Shown here piece after piece: positions 8,427 to 17,853 of a stretch of DNA of 64,000 bases (position 1 is its first letter; every line of letters begins with the position of its first letter). Below the pieces are notes generated by a model. It ran no database searches and was not told where the DNA came from. It saw nothing but the letters and a program-made list of their open reading frames with translations. This DNA is from Myxococcota bacterium (GTDB lineage: Bacteria; Myxococcota; Kuafuiibacteriia; Kuafuiibacteriales; Kuafuiibacteriaceae): positions 16,942-80,941 of the forward strand of contig JBCCQA010000021.1 in NCBI GenBank assembly GCA_039024635.1, written 5' to 3'. A program made the translations under genes and the position numbers.

Positions 8427-11281
8427 CCACTGAGAACGAGACTCTGAACAAGCCGGACATCCCGAGCCGCAGGACCTTCCTTTCGGCCATGGGTGCGACC
8501 GTGGCGTCACTCAACACCGCGGCGTGCATCCGTAAGCCCTACGAGAAGATTCTGCCCTTCGGGCAGCGCCCAGAGGACCGGGTCCCCGGTCGGCCCGAGT
8601 ATTACGCTACGGCGGCGTCCGTCGGCGCTAGCGTGGTGGGCCTTCGCGTCCGGTCCAACGACGGCCGCCCGACCTTCATCGGTTCCAACAAGCAGCACCC
8701 GACCAGCAAGGGCGGGACGCCGGCTTGGGCCCAAGCTACGGTCCTCGAGCTCTACGATCCGGACCGAAGCCGAACCGCTCTGATGGACGGTGCATCCGTC
8801 GACCCCGCAGGCGCTGCCGGCGCCATCCGAGCCATGGGCAAGGCGATTCGCGACGCCGCAGGCCGAGGCCTTGCGATCCTGACCGACGAGACGCCCTCGC
8901 CGACGCTGTTCCGGTTGATGAAGACGCTCAAGGAGCAGTTCCCCGAGGCTCAGCAGTTTCGTCATGACGAGATGGGTGAGGCCAACGGCCAAGCCGGTGC
9001 AGCCATGGCCGGCATTCCGAACGCCAGCTTCTCGCTCAACGAGACGCCCGCCGTCATCGCCATTTTCGATGCCGATCCCATGGGAACCGAGGGTGACACC
9101 TGCGCCTTCGACCATGCCTTTGCTTCGGGTCGGGACCCCGATGCACCCCGTAAGAACCGCCTCTACGTCGTCGAACCGTACGTTTCGTTGACCGGCTCGA
9201 ACGCCGACCACCGCAAGGCGGTAAAGCCGAGCGAGGTCCCCGCGGTGCTGGCGGCTTTGGCTTCCGAGCTCAACAGCCATGGCTACGAGCTGCCAAAGCT
9301 TGCGGGGGCCGACGCCGCCTCAGACAAGTTCGTCAAGGCTCTCGCCAAGGACATGGCCAAGAACCAAGGCGTCTCGATGGTCATGGTCGGCGAGCGACAG
9401 CCCCCGCAGGTCCATGCTCTCGCCCACATGGTGAATGCGGCCTTGGGTGCCTACACCAAGCTCGGGGCCTGGACCCAGAGCGACGCTCCTGAGTTTCAGA
9501 CTGCGGACGAGCTGGTGGCGGGCATGAAGGCCGGTACCTTCAAGTATGTCGTCTCGCTGAGCGGGAACCCCGCCCACTCCATCCCTGGCTTCGCTGATGC
9601 GGCCGAAAAGGCCCAGGTGCTGCACCTAGGGAGCTACCTCGACGAGACCGCTCGGATCGCCAAACTGCACGTCCCGAAGAGCCACTACCTGGAAGCGTGG
9701 GGTGACCTCGTGGGGCGTGATGGCTCCGTGGCCATCCAGCAGCCGCTCATCGCGCCACTCCACGAATCCAAGTCAGCCATCGAGGTGCTGGCCACCATTC
9801 TCGGTTCCAAAGAGAGCGGCTACGAGCAGGTGCGAGACACCCACCGAAGCCACGTGGCGTCCGGTGATTTCGAGAAGTCCTGGCAGGTCTGGCTGCACGA
9901 TGGCGTCGTCCAGAGTCACCCGGTTCAGCGCGTCGAGCCGGCCATTCAGGCGGCCCAGATCGAGGGCTATCCAAAGGCCGGTTCGAGCGATCTCGAGGCC
10001 GCTTTCATTCGAGACCTGACGGTCTTGGACGGGCGCTTCGCCAACAGCCCCTGGCTCCAGGAGCTCCCTGACCCCGTCACCAAGTTGTCTTGGGACAACG
10101 CTCTGCTCTTGAGCCCCGACACGGCCGAGAAGCTCGGCCTCAAGAATGAGGACATGGCGACGGTCACCTTGAACGGAGCGTCTCTCGACCTTCCCGTTTG
10201 GATCCAGCCGGGCACCGCGGACGACGTGGCCGTCCTTCCCTTGGGCTACGGCCGCGAAGGGGTAGGGCAGTACGCCAGCAGCGGCTTCGATGTGTCGGGG
10301 CTCCGACCTGTCGACGGCACATGGTCGGCGAGCGGCGTCCAGATCAAGAAGACCCCGGGAAGCTATCGCCTCGCGTGTCAGCAGCTCGAGAGCGACCAGT
10401 ACGGACGGCCCATCGTTCGTGAGGCTTCCCAGACGGACTTCACGGCCGACGAGAACTTCGTCGCGAAATTCGAGGTCATGAAACCGGAGCACATCGACTC
10501 TCTCTTGTGGGAGGAGCCTGTGCTTCCCTGGGCCAAGGGCGAGCAGCATCAGTGGGCTGTTTCGATCGACCTCAACAAATGCTCGGGATGCTCCGCCTGT
10601 GTCGTGGCCTGCCAGGCTGAGAACAATATTCCGTGGGTTGGCAAGAGCGAGGTCCTGAAGGGCCGCGAAATGCACTGGATGAAGATCGACCGATACTTCA
10701 AGGACAACAACGGACAGTTCGAGGTGAAGTATCAGCCCATGGGCTGTGCTCAGTGTGAAACCGCTCCGTGCGAGAACGTTTGTCCCGTAGGTGCATCGGC
10801 TCACAGCCCGGAGGGCCTCAACGACATGGCCTACAACCGGTGCATTGGAACGCGCTACTGCGCCAACAACTGCCCGTACAAGGTCCGTAGGTTCAACTTC
10901 TTTCACTACACCGTGCGAAACGACGGCGAGTACGGGATGGGCATCACCATGCAGCGCAACCCGGACGTCACGGTTCGCTACCGCGGGGTCATGGAGAAGT
11001 GCACCTACTGTGTGCAGCGGATCCAGCGAGCCAAGATCTACCAGAAGGTGAATGGAGGCGGCGACACGAAGGTTAAAGATGGCGCCATCGTGACTGCCTG
11101 CGAGGAGGCTTGCGGGACGGGGGCCATGGTCTTCGGCAACATGGCCGACCCCGAGTCTCGGGTCGCCAAGATGAAGAACAATCCGAGGAACTATGCCGTA
11201 CTGGCCGAAATCAACATCCGGCCCCGGACGACGTATCTCGCCAAGCTGACGAACCCCAACCCTGAGTTGGCGGAAGGGTGA
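8423..11281 (+). CDS. actB: Alternative complex III subunit ActB (molybdopterin-oxidoreductase-like domain fused to a 4x[4Fe-4S] ferredoxin domain)
   Basis: Start at ATG 8423 (ATGA overlap with the actA stop), MTTENETLNKPDIPSRRTFLSAMGA twin-arginine signal, ~952 aa. C-terminal Cys clusters CSGCSACVVAC, CAQCETAPCENVCP, CIGTRYCANNCP, CTYCVQR...CEEACGTGA. The track ORF start at 8252 lies inside actA. Confidence 0.8.
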   Translation: MTTENETLNKPDIPSRRTFLSAMGATVASLNTAACIRKPYEKILPFGQRPEDRVPGRPEYYATAASVGASVVGLRVRSNDGRPTFIGSNKQHPTSKGGTPAWAQATVLELYDPDRSRTALMDGASVDPAGAAGAIRAMGKAIRDAAGRGLAILTDETPSPTLFRLMKTLKEQFPEAQQFRHDEMGEANGQAGAAMAGIPNASFSLNETPAVIAIFDADPMGTEGDTCAFDHAFASGRDPDAPRKNRLYVVEPYVSLTGSNADHRKAVKPSEVPAVLAALASELNSHGYELPKLAGADAASDKFVKALAKDMAKNQGVSMVMVGERQPPQVHALAHMVNAALGAYTKLGAWTQSDAPEFQTADELVAGMKAGTFKYVVSLSGNPAHSIPGFADAAEKAQVLHLGSYLDETARIAKLHVPKSHYLEAWGDLVGRDGSVAIQQPLIAPLHESKSAIEVLATILGSKESGYEQVRDTHRSHVASGDFEKSWQVWLHDGVVQSHPVQRVEPAIQAAQIEGYPKAGSSDLEAAFIRDLTVLDGRFANSPWLQELPDPVTKLSWDNALLLSPDTAEKLGLKNEDMATVTLNGASLDLPVWIQPGTADDVAVLPLGYGREGVGQYASSGFDVSGLRPVDGTWSASGVQIKKTPGSYRLACQQLESDQYGRPIVREASQTDFTADENFVAKFEVMKPEHIDSLLWEEPVLPWAKGEQHQWAVSIDLNKCSGCSACVVACQAENNIPWVGKSEVLKGREMHWMKIDRYFKDNNGQFEVKYQPMGCAQCETAPCENVCPVGASAHSPEGLNDMAYNRCIGTRYCANNCPYKVRRFNFFHYTVRNDGEYGMGITMQRNPDVTVRYRGVMEKCTYCVQRIQRAKIYQKVNGGGDTKVKDGAIVTACEEACGTGAMVFGNMADPESRVAKMKNNPRNYAVLAEINIRPRTTYLAKLTNPNPELAEG

Positions 11282-11287
11282 CCCATC

Positions 11288-12682
11288 ATGGATATGCGTT
11301 CGAACGTTGACCTCGTCGATCGGCGCCCTGCGCTCGTCGACCCCCACGAAGACTTCCAAGCGATCACGAAGCGTGTGGCGGCGCCCATCGAGTGGAAGAC
11401 GCCCATCGGTTGGTGGCTCTTCTTCATACCTTCGGTTCTCCTGGCCGCCAGCTACGGCGGGAGCGTCGCTTATCTGGTTTGGGAAGGAACCGGCATCTGG
11501 GGCATCAATAATCCCGTTTTCTGGGGTTGGGCCATCGTCAACTTTGTCTTCTGGGTCGGTATTGGCCACGCAGGCACGCTAATCTCGGCCGTTCTCTTCC
11601 TCTTTCGACAGAAGTGGCGCACCAGCATCAACCGCTTCTCAGAGGCCATGACGCTCTTCGCCGTGGCCTGCGCCCTTTCATTTCCAACCATTCACGTCGG
11701 TCGAATCTGGCTTCTGTACTGGGTCGCCCCAGTTCCGAACTCCATGTTGGCTTGGCCCAACTTCCGGAGTCCTCTCCTCTGGGATGTTTTCGCTGTGAGC
11801 ATCTACGGCTCGGTTTCGCTGTTGTTCTGGTACGTGGGCCTCATCCCCGACCTGGCCACGATGCGGGACCGCGTCACCTCCAAGCTCGGAAAGTTCGCTT
11901 ACGGTATCTTTGCTCTTGGCTGGCGAGGGTCTACCCGACACTGGCGCCACTACGAGGTGGCCTACATGCTGCTCGCCGGTCTCGCCACTCCCCTGGTGCT
12001 GTCGGTGCACTCTGTGGTGTCATTCGACTTCGCCGTGTCCCAGCTGCCTGGCTGGCACACCACCATCTTCCCACCCTACTTTGTTGCGGGTGCCATCTTC
12101 TCCGGCTTCGGCATGGTTCTGACGCTGATGCTCATCGCTCGCGTCATCTTCAAGATGGAGAACATCGTCACGATGCATCACATCGACAACATGGCGAAGG
12201 TCGTACTCTTGACCGGGTCCATCGTCGGCTACGCCTACGCGATGGAGTTCTTCGTGGCTTGGTACAGCGGTAGCCAGTACGAGCTCTTCGCCTTCATCAA
12301 TCGGGCGACCGGTCCTTACGCGGGCGCCTACTGGACGATGGTCACCTGCAACGTGGTCATTCCCCAGATTCTGTGGTTCCAGAAGATGCGTCACAACATC
12401 GTACTGCTCTTCATCATCTCGATTTTCGTGAACATCGGAATGTGGTTCGAGCGCTACGTTATCGTCATTACGCTTACCCGAGACTTTCTCCCCTCGAGCT
12501 GGGGCTACTACAGCCCGACTTTCTGGGACGTGTCATGCTTCCTGGGTAGCTTTGGCCTCTTCTTCACTCTGTTCTGCCTATTCGTCCGCTTCCTTCCCAT
12601 GATCGCCATGGCCGAAGTGAAGACGGTCGTGCCTGAAGCCGATCCTCACCCCGAAGAGGCGGCGACTGGAGGTGCCCATTGA
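11288..12682 (+). CDS. actC: Alternative complex III subunit ActC (NrfD/PsrC-like polytopic quinol-interacting membrane subunit)
   Basis: 464 aa, ~10 TM helices. Follows actB by 7 nt. Confidence 0.8.
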   Translation: MDMRSNVDLVDRRPALVDPHEDFQAITKRVAAPIEWKTPIGWWLFFIPSVLLAASYGGSVAYLVWEGTGIWGINNPVFWGWAIVNFVFWVGIGHAGTLISAVLFLFRQKWRTSINRFSEAMTLFAVACALSFPTIHVGRIWLLYWVAPVPNSMLAWPNFRSPLLWDVFAVSIYGSVSLLFWYVGLIPDLATMRDRVTSKLGKFAYGIFALGWRGSTRHWRHYEVAYMLLAGLATPLVLSVHSVVSFDFAVSQLPGWHTTIFPPYFVAGAIFSGFGMVLTLMLIARVIFKMENIVTMHHIDNMAKVVLLTGSIVGYAYAMEFFVAWYSGSQYELFAFINRATGPYAGAYWTMVTCNVVIPQILWFQKMRHNIVLLFIISIFVNIGMWFERYVIVITLTRDFLPSSWGYYSPTFWDVSCFLGSFGLFFTLFCLFVRFLPMIAMAEVKTVVPEADPHPEEAATGGAH

Positions 12683-13212
12683 GCAACAAGACCTTCGGCG
12701 TCCTCGCCGAATTCGACACCCCCGCCTCCGTCTTTGAGGCCTGTGAGAAGGTCCGAGACGCCAAGTTCTCGAGGTGGGACTCCCACACGCCCTTCCCAGT
12801 GCATGGGCTGGAGTTTGCAATGGGCATGGGCCGCTCTCGGCTGCCCATCTTCGTGTTCGCTTGCGGCATCAGTGGGGCGTCTGGAGCGATGCTTCTCCAA
12901 TGGTGGACCTCTGCCGTCGACTACCCGATGATCATCGCCGCCAAGCCATTCTTCTCATGGCAGGCCTTCATCCCGGTCACCTTCGAGGCGATGGTTCTGT
13001 TCTCGGCGGTCTCTGCCGTGCTGGGGATGCTGTTTCTCAACCGTCTTCCTCGCTGGCACCATCCGTTGCTGACCTCTGAGCGTTTCAAGTCAGCCTCGGA
13101 TCACAAGTTCTTCATTTCGATCGAGGCGAGTGACCCGCAGTTCGACCCGGAGAAGACACCCGAGTTTCTCCATTCCCTGGGCGCGACCTACGTCGAGTTG
13201 GTGGAAGACTGA
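12679..13212 (+). CDS. actD: Alternative complex III subunit ActD
   Basis: 177 aa. Overlaps the actC stop. Small membrane protein in the canonical actD position. Confidence 0.6.
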   Translation: MSNKTFGVLAEFDTPASVFEACEKVRDAKFSRWDSHTPFPVHGLEFAMGMGRSRLPIFVFACGISGASGAMLLQWWTSAVDYPMIIAAKPFFSWQAFIPVTFEAMVLFSAVSAVLGMLFLNRLPRWHHPLLTSERFKSASDHKFFISIEASDPQFDPEKTPEFLHSLGATYVELVED

Positions 13213-13215
13213 ACG

Positions 13216-13845
13216 ATGAAGCACCTAAGTCTCATGATTGCGACGGGGGCGCTCGCCACGGCTTGCCAGGGCGGGACCTTTCCTCAGCCCCCGATTCACC
13301 TGAACCAGAACATGGACTTCCAGAAGAGGATCGAGCCCCAGGAAGAGAATCCGTACACGGGAACCATGGGCAATCGGAAGCCCGTCGAGGGTACGGTTCG
13401 GATGGGCGGACTTACCATCGACGACCACCTTCACCGAGGGAAGATCGATGGCGAGCTCGTGGAAGAACTCCCCGACGTCGACGAGAAAGGGATGCCCATA
13501 GAAATGAACGAGGCTTTCCTCGCTCGGGGTCAGGAGCGCTACAACGTCTATTGCCAGCCCTGCCACGCCCAGACGGGCTCAGGAAAAGGGCTTGTGTCGG
13601 TCAACTCGGGCGGCAACATACAGCCCCCCGCTCTTTACAATGAACGGCTGCTGACCATGCCCATCGGGCACTTCTACAACGTCATCACCAACGGGGTGAA
13701 CGGCAACATGCCCCCTTACCGCGCGCAGATCCCGGTCGGTGACCGGTGGGCCATTGCGGCTTACGTACGCGTTCTTCAGCGTGCGGCCTTTGCCGACGTT
13801 GGCGCCGTTCCGGGCGACGTCGCGAAAGAGAAAGGCTGGAACTGA
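13216..13845 (+). CDS. actE: Alternative complex III subunit ActE (monohaem cytochrome c lipoprotein)
   Basis: Signal peptide with lipobox (LATAC). Single CQPCH haem motif. 209 aa. Confidence 0.75.
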   Translation: MKHLSLMIATGALATACQGGTFPQPPIHLNQNMDFQKRIEPQEENPYTGTMGNRKPVEGTVRMGGLTIDDHLHRGKIDGELVEELPDVDEKGMPIEMNEAFLARGQERYNVYCQPCHAQTGSGKGLVSVNSGGNIQPPALYNERLLTMPIGHFYNVITNGVNGNMPPYRAQIPVGDRWAIAAYVRVLQRAAFADVGAVPGDVAKEKGWN

Positions 13846-13848
13846 GTC

Positions 13849-15285
13849 ATGGGTCATCATCGGCTGCGGGCCATCCCTCCGGACGTCAAGACACGCTTCG
13901 AAGGTAGCTCGCCTTGGCGAAAATACCCCTTCATCTTCTGGGGCGTTGGGGTCGTCTGTCTGATGGCTGCCTTTGCCTTTGGCCAGGGCGGCGCCGAGGA
14001 GCACGCCTCCATCGGCTTTGAATCTGTCGCCCTGGCCGACCATCACGACGACGGCGAAGCCCATGGCCACGAAGCCCATCACGGCGGCGACGCGCATGAC
14101 GGCGACAAGGCCCATCACGACCACGATGGCCACGGGGCGAAGGGAGCGCACGGGAGCGGTGGCGGTCATGGAGACGAAGACCACGGCGACGATGGAGGCC
14201 ACGGCCACCATCATGGTGAGCTGACCCGCTTTTCATTTAGCTACCTTACGGCGTTCATGTACGGACTGAGCCTGGCCCTCGGAGGCCTGTTCTTCGTACT
14301 TGTTCAGTTCCTCGCGCGTGCCGGATGGAGCGTAGTCGTGCGCCGCATCGCCGAGAACGTCATGGCCACGCTCCCACTCTTCGGCTTGCTCTTCATTCCT
14401 GTGTACCTAGGGCTGTCGAGTACCCACTTCCACTGGTGGCACTTCGAAGGGCACGACCCCCTGCTCGACCACAAGGCGCCCTACCTGGATGAGAACTTCT
14501 TTATCCTCCGAGCCATCTTCTACATTGTAGTCTGGGTCGGCCTTGCCTTCTTCTTCTGGCGAAACTCGACCGCTCAGGACAACTCCGGTGAGCATGACCT
14601 GACCCGACGCATGCAGAACCTATCCCCGCTCGGGATGATCCTCTTCGCCCTCACGACGACCTTTGCTGCCGTGGATTGGATGAAGTCCATGGACCCGCAC
14701 TGGTTCTCTACGATGTTCGGGGTCTACTACTTCGCGGGTTGCGTCGTGGGTATCTTTGCCACTTTGTCCGTATTGACCATCTGGTTGCAGTCCTCGGGCT
14801 ACGTCAAAACGATCATCAACGCTGAGCACTACCACGACATCGGTAAGCTCCTGTTCGGCTTCGTGGTCTTCTGGACCTACATCACGTTCAGCCAGTATTT
14901 CCTGATTTGGTACGCCAACATTCCAGAGGAGACGCTCTGGTACTACCACCGCACGACTCATGGGTGGGAGAACGTGGGTGTGGCCATCATGATCGGCCAC
15001 TTCTTCATTCCGTTCTTCTTCCTGTTGCCCCGCGGCATCAAGCGGAACCCGAAGACCTTGATCCTTGGCGCCCTTTGGCTACTCGGCATTCACTACCTGG
15101 ACCTCTACTACGTCGTGATGCCCATTCTGGACGAGAGCCCCCACTTCACCATCGTGGACCCTTTGTGCCTGGTTGGCATCGTGTGTTTGTTTTTGGGCAC
15201 GTTCGCATTCGTGGCCGGTCGGTCGGATCTCGTTCCGGTCAAGGACCCAAGGCTTCCGGAGTCACTAGCCTTCCAGAACCTCTGA
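13849..15285 (+). CDS. actF: Alternative complex III subunit ActF (second NrfD-like membrane subunit), carrying an unusual ~60-aa His/Asp/Gly-rich insert near the N-terminus
   Basis: 478 aa polytopic membrane protein paralogous to ActC. Residues ~65-125 read ADHHDDGEAHGHEAHHGGDAHDGDKAHHDHDGHGAKGAHGSGGGHGDEDHGDDGGHGHHHGE. Confidence 0.75.
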   Translation: MGHHRLRAIPPDVKTRFEGSSPWRKYPFIFWGVGVVCLMAAFAFGQGGAEEHASIGFESVALADHHDDGEAHGHEAHHGGDAHDGDKAHHDHDGHGAKGAHGSGGGHGDEDHGDDGGHGHHHGELTRFSFSYLTAFMYGLSLALGGLFFVLVQFLARAGWSVVVRRIAENVMATLPLFGLLFIPVYLGLSSTHFHWWHFEGHDPLLDHKAPYLDENFFILRAIFYIVVWVGLAFFFWRNSTAQDNSGEHDLTRRMQNLSPLGMILFALTTTFAAVDWMKSMDPHWFSTMFGVYYFAGCVVGIFATLSVLTIWLQSSGYVKTIINAEHYHDIGKLLFGFVVFWTYITFSQYFLIWYANIPEETLWYYHRTTHGWENVGVAIMIGHFFIPFFFLLPRGIKRNPKTLILGALWLLGIHYLDLYYVVMPILDESPHFTIVDPLCLVGIVCLFLGTFAFVAGRSDLVPVKDPRLPESLAFQNL

Positions 15286-15350
15286 GGTCGTTTGGTGCGT
15301 TTGAATTGCGAAACCCGCCAGCCAGGACAAGATCACGCAAAGGATTCGAC

Positions 15351-15917
15351 ATGAAGTTTTCGCCCCCACAAACTCTCGCCCTGGTCTCGCTCGCCGCCCT
15401 AGCGGCGTGCGGCATTCCGGACGTGAGCCTGTTTCCCATCGACCCTTGGCCGGAGAAGGACGCCTACCTGGAGAACCAAAAAACGGCGTTGACCGGTTAC
15501 GACAGGGTCGAGGAGACGAAGAAGTACCGCATTCCTGTGAAGGATGCCTTGGCCATGGTGGCCAAGGATGCGGATGGCCTGAAGCCTCTGGTGAGGCTCA
15601 AGACCGACTTCTCCGAGATGACCCAGGTGGAGCGTGGCGAGCGCCACTTCAATATCACCTACGCGTGTGCCGGCTGCCACGGTTTCAACGGTCAGCGTAA
15701 GGTGGGCCCGCACCTGAACAAGCGCTGGGGTGGCGAGGCTCCGCTCGAGGGTGGAACGGTCGTCGCCTTCAACGACGAGTACTTCAAAGAGTCGGTCCTG
15801 TACTCCACGAAGAAGATCGCTCGAGGCTATCCGGCTGCGATGCCCTACTTCGCCGAGCTCATGTCCGAAGAGGACTACGAAGACATCAAAGCCTACGTGA
15901 TGACCTACAACCAGTAG
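15351..15917 (+). CDS. Monohaem class I c-type cytochrome, lipoprotein (candidate periplasmic electron carrier)
   Basis: Start at internal ATG 15351 (MKFSPPQTLALVSLAALAACG lipobox). CAGCH haem motif plus distal Met (AAMPYF). The track ORF 14907..15917 upstream part overlaps actF and is read-through. Confidence 0.7.
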   Translation: MKFSPPQTLALVSLAALAACGIPDVSLFPIDPWPEKDAYLENQKTALTGYDRVEETKKYRIPVKDALAMVAKDADGLKPLVRLKTDFSEMTQVERGERHFNITYACAGCHGFNGQRKVGPHLNKRWGGEAPLEGGTVVAFNDEYFKESVLYSTKKIARGYPAAMPYFAELMSEEDYEDIKAYVMTYNQ

Positions 15918-15940
15918 GCGCTGGTATCGCGGAAACAGCG

Positions 15941-15976
15941 GAAGCCCGGAGGGACCCCCCTTCCGGGCTTCTTTTC
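15941..15976. terminator. Intrinsic terminator, probably bidirectional (GAAGCCCGGA ... TCCGGGCTTC + TTTTCTG)
   Basis: 10-bp GC stem, extendable through GGG/CCC, followed by a T-run 24 nt after the cytochrome c stop. The convergent minus-strand gene ends at 15985. Confidence 0.5.
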
Positions 15977-15984
15977 TGCCGCCC

Positions 15985-17391
15985 TCATGCCACGGGCGCT
16001 CGGGCAGTGCGCCGTGTCTGGACGGTCGGAGTGGCCCGAAAGTGGCGGGCCAGTCCAGCGAGGCCCCCGGCCATGAAGAATGGGATGTAGAAACTGAGCA
16101 GACCGTTCGGGATCATCTCCACGGACGAGAGGGCGACGTAGAATGACGCGCCCAGAATCGGATACTCTTCTTTGCCCAAACGATGGCGTTTGAGCTGCCG
16201 CATTAGGCTTATGACTGGGATGATGAGCAGTAGATAGGAGAAGGCCATACCGACGTAGCCCTGTTGGCCAAAACGGACGATCCACGCGCCGTCGGTGACC
16301 GCGATGTCCAGGCCCGTACGGGGGTGATAAACGCGGTTTCGCCCGAACGCCCCCCAACCGAACAGGAACTTCTCGTTCGCACGCTCGGCCAATAGGTCTT
16401 CGTTGTCGAATCGGAATTGCAGGGATGAGCCACGCTCAAAAGAGTAGCTTGCAATCGTCTCCGACAGCTCGTGTCGAGGAAGAGAATTCAAGGCCGTCGG
16501 GTAGTAGAGGCCAAAGACGGCAAGAGAAATGATCGTCCAGCGCTGCAGGCGCGCAGGAGCGAAGACAATGAGCGGAACGACCATGACAGCGTATGCGATG
16601 GCACCAGTCGCCTTTTCGAGTATGACGATCGCGCAGTAGGCGAAGAAGAACCACCGAGGACGCATACCGAAGATGCTCTTTCGGCTCCTGTACAGACCTG
16701 CGATCAGAAGCAGGACCGCGAGCAGAAACATGGCCAGGCCTAGCCCATGGGGAAAGAAGAGATTAGGCCGGTAGCCGCCCCATCGCATGGACTGAGAGAA
16801 ACTTTGAACCTGGGCTGCAAAGCCGTAGACCCACTTGTGGGTCTGGGGACTCAGTCGGAGCTCCAGTAGGACGAGGGGGACGTAGAGGATGCCGAGCGTT
16901 ATTGTGGAACGCGCGAACGAACGGAAGTCGTCGAGGTTGTGGACAGCAACCCGGCCGGCGCAAAAGGGCAAGATGTAGAACATGAGGTCGCTCATCGAGA
17001 GGTTCCAAGCATCTTGAATCTTGAGTCCTAGGAGGGATGGGGGTCCCAACCATCCCGGGAGGTAGATCGTGTTCCGGTTGGTCCACCAGGTGCAGAGGGC
17101 GCCCAGCGCCAGAGCGAGCCAGAGGCCCTCTAGTCCTTTGCCGAGCTGAGTGGCCCTCAAGCGTTGTCGGTCCCGAAAGTAGACCGCCATCAGGAAGGCC
17201 AGGGCCGGTATCGTGGCCTTGCTCAGGGCGGGTACGAGAGGGAAATCGTAGTTGGCCTGGTTGGGGAGAATGAGGGCGCCCCCGATCAGGGAGTAGGCGC
17301 AAGCCACTGGGAGTCGATAGGTCCTCACCAGCCAGAATGTGAATGGAAACCAGGCGACCAATGCCAGGCCTGGGATCAAGCCATGGCTCAT
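15985..17391 (-). CDS. Polytopic membrane protein, possible O-antigen ligase / Wzy-type polymerase family
   Basis: 468 aa, >=10 predicted TM helices with a large loop. Family assignment is by topology and context only (next to a GT2). GC noticeably lower (~55-58%) than flanking DNA. Confidence 0.3.
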   Translation of the reverse strand: MSHGLIPGLALVAWFPFTFWLVRTYRLPVACAYSLIGGALILPNQANYDFPLVPALSKATIPALAFLMAVYFRDRQRLRATQLGKGLEGLWLALALGALCTWWTNRNTIYLPGWLGPPSLLGLKIQDAWNLSMSDLMFYILPFCAGRVAVHNLDDFRSFARSTITLGILYVPLVLLELRLSPQTHKWVYGFAAQVQSFSQSMRWGGYRPNLFFPHGLGLAMFLLAVLLLIAGLYRSRKSIFGMRPRWFFFAYCAIVILEKATGAIAYAVMVVPLIVFAPARLQRWTIISLAVFGLYYPTALNSLPRHELSETIASYSFERGSSLQFRFDNEDLLAERANEKFLFGWGAFGRNRVYHPRTGLDIAVTDGAWIVRFGQQGYVGMAFSYLLLIIPVISLMRQLKRHRLGKEEYPILGASFYVALSSVEMIPNGLLSFYIPFFMAGGLAGLARHFRATPTVQTRRTARAPVA

Positions 17392-17451
17392 GCAAGAACG
17401 GGCCTACCAGCCAGGGCCCTCAAGGAGCAATATGCATCCTTCGGGTAGAGC

Positions 17452-17754
17452 TCAGGGCTCGGCCATGAGCTCGTCACAGTCTGCGCTGTCGCAGTCCTGA
17501 GAGCAATCGCTGCCCGTGCAGGAGTAGCGGCAGGTGGAGCCCGGTTCGCAGCTCTGGTCGCACCCGCCGCCGGAACAGGTGAAGGTGCAAAGCGCTTCCT
17601 CTTCGCAGAGCTGGAGGCAGCCCCCACCGTCGCAGGTGAAGCTGCATTCGTCTCCGATATCGCAGCGCTGTTCGCAGCTACCCTCGGTACAGTCTTCTTC
17701 GACTGTCCCGCAGCTACACAAGAGCAGTCCAAGGACGAGCGTCTTCCAGTTCAT
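17452..17754 (-). CDS. Small secreted Cys-rich repeat lipoprotein (100 aa, 22 Cys)
   Basis: Signal peptide with lipobox (LLCSCG). Repeated module C-(S/T)-F-T-C-x-G-G-G-C-x-Q-x-C appears twice, plus further CxxxC pairs. Acidic. Confidence 0.5.
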   Translation of the reverse strand: MNWKTLVLGLLLCSCGTVEEDCTEGSCEQRCDIGDECSFTCDGGGCLQLCEEEALCTFTCSGGGCDQSCEPGSTCRYSCTGSDCSQDCDSADCDELMAEP

Positions 17755-17853
17755 GTCTCGCTCCTAGCCCAGCATTGAGGTGGGTTCCAAGAGGACCGCG
17801 ATCACGCACGCGAGGGGTGTAGGGTCGTGTGTGGTCGCTCCTCTCCTTCGAGC

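Noticed and set aside
14037-14220. Repetitive CAC/GAC/GGC DNA considered as a possible CRISPR or tandem-repeat locus
   Set aside because: The repeats are imperfect codon-level repeats within the actF reading frame (His/Asp/Gly codons), not spacer-repeat units. No CRISPR array is present anywhere in the window.
14907-15350. Upstream part of the long ORF containing the cytochrome c
   Set aside because: Overlaps actF in another frame and is Arg/Pro-rich. A lipoprotein signal with RBS-like context starts at 15351.
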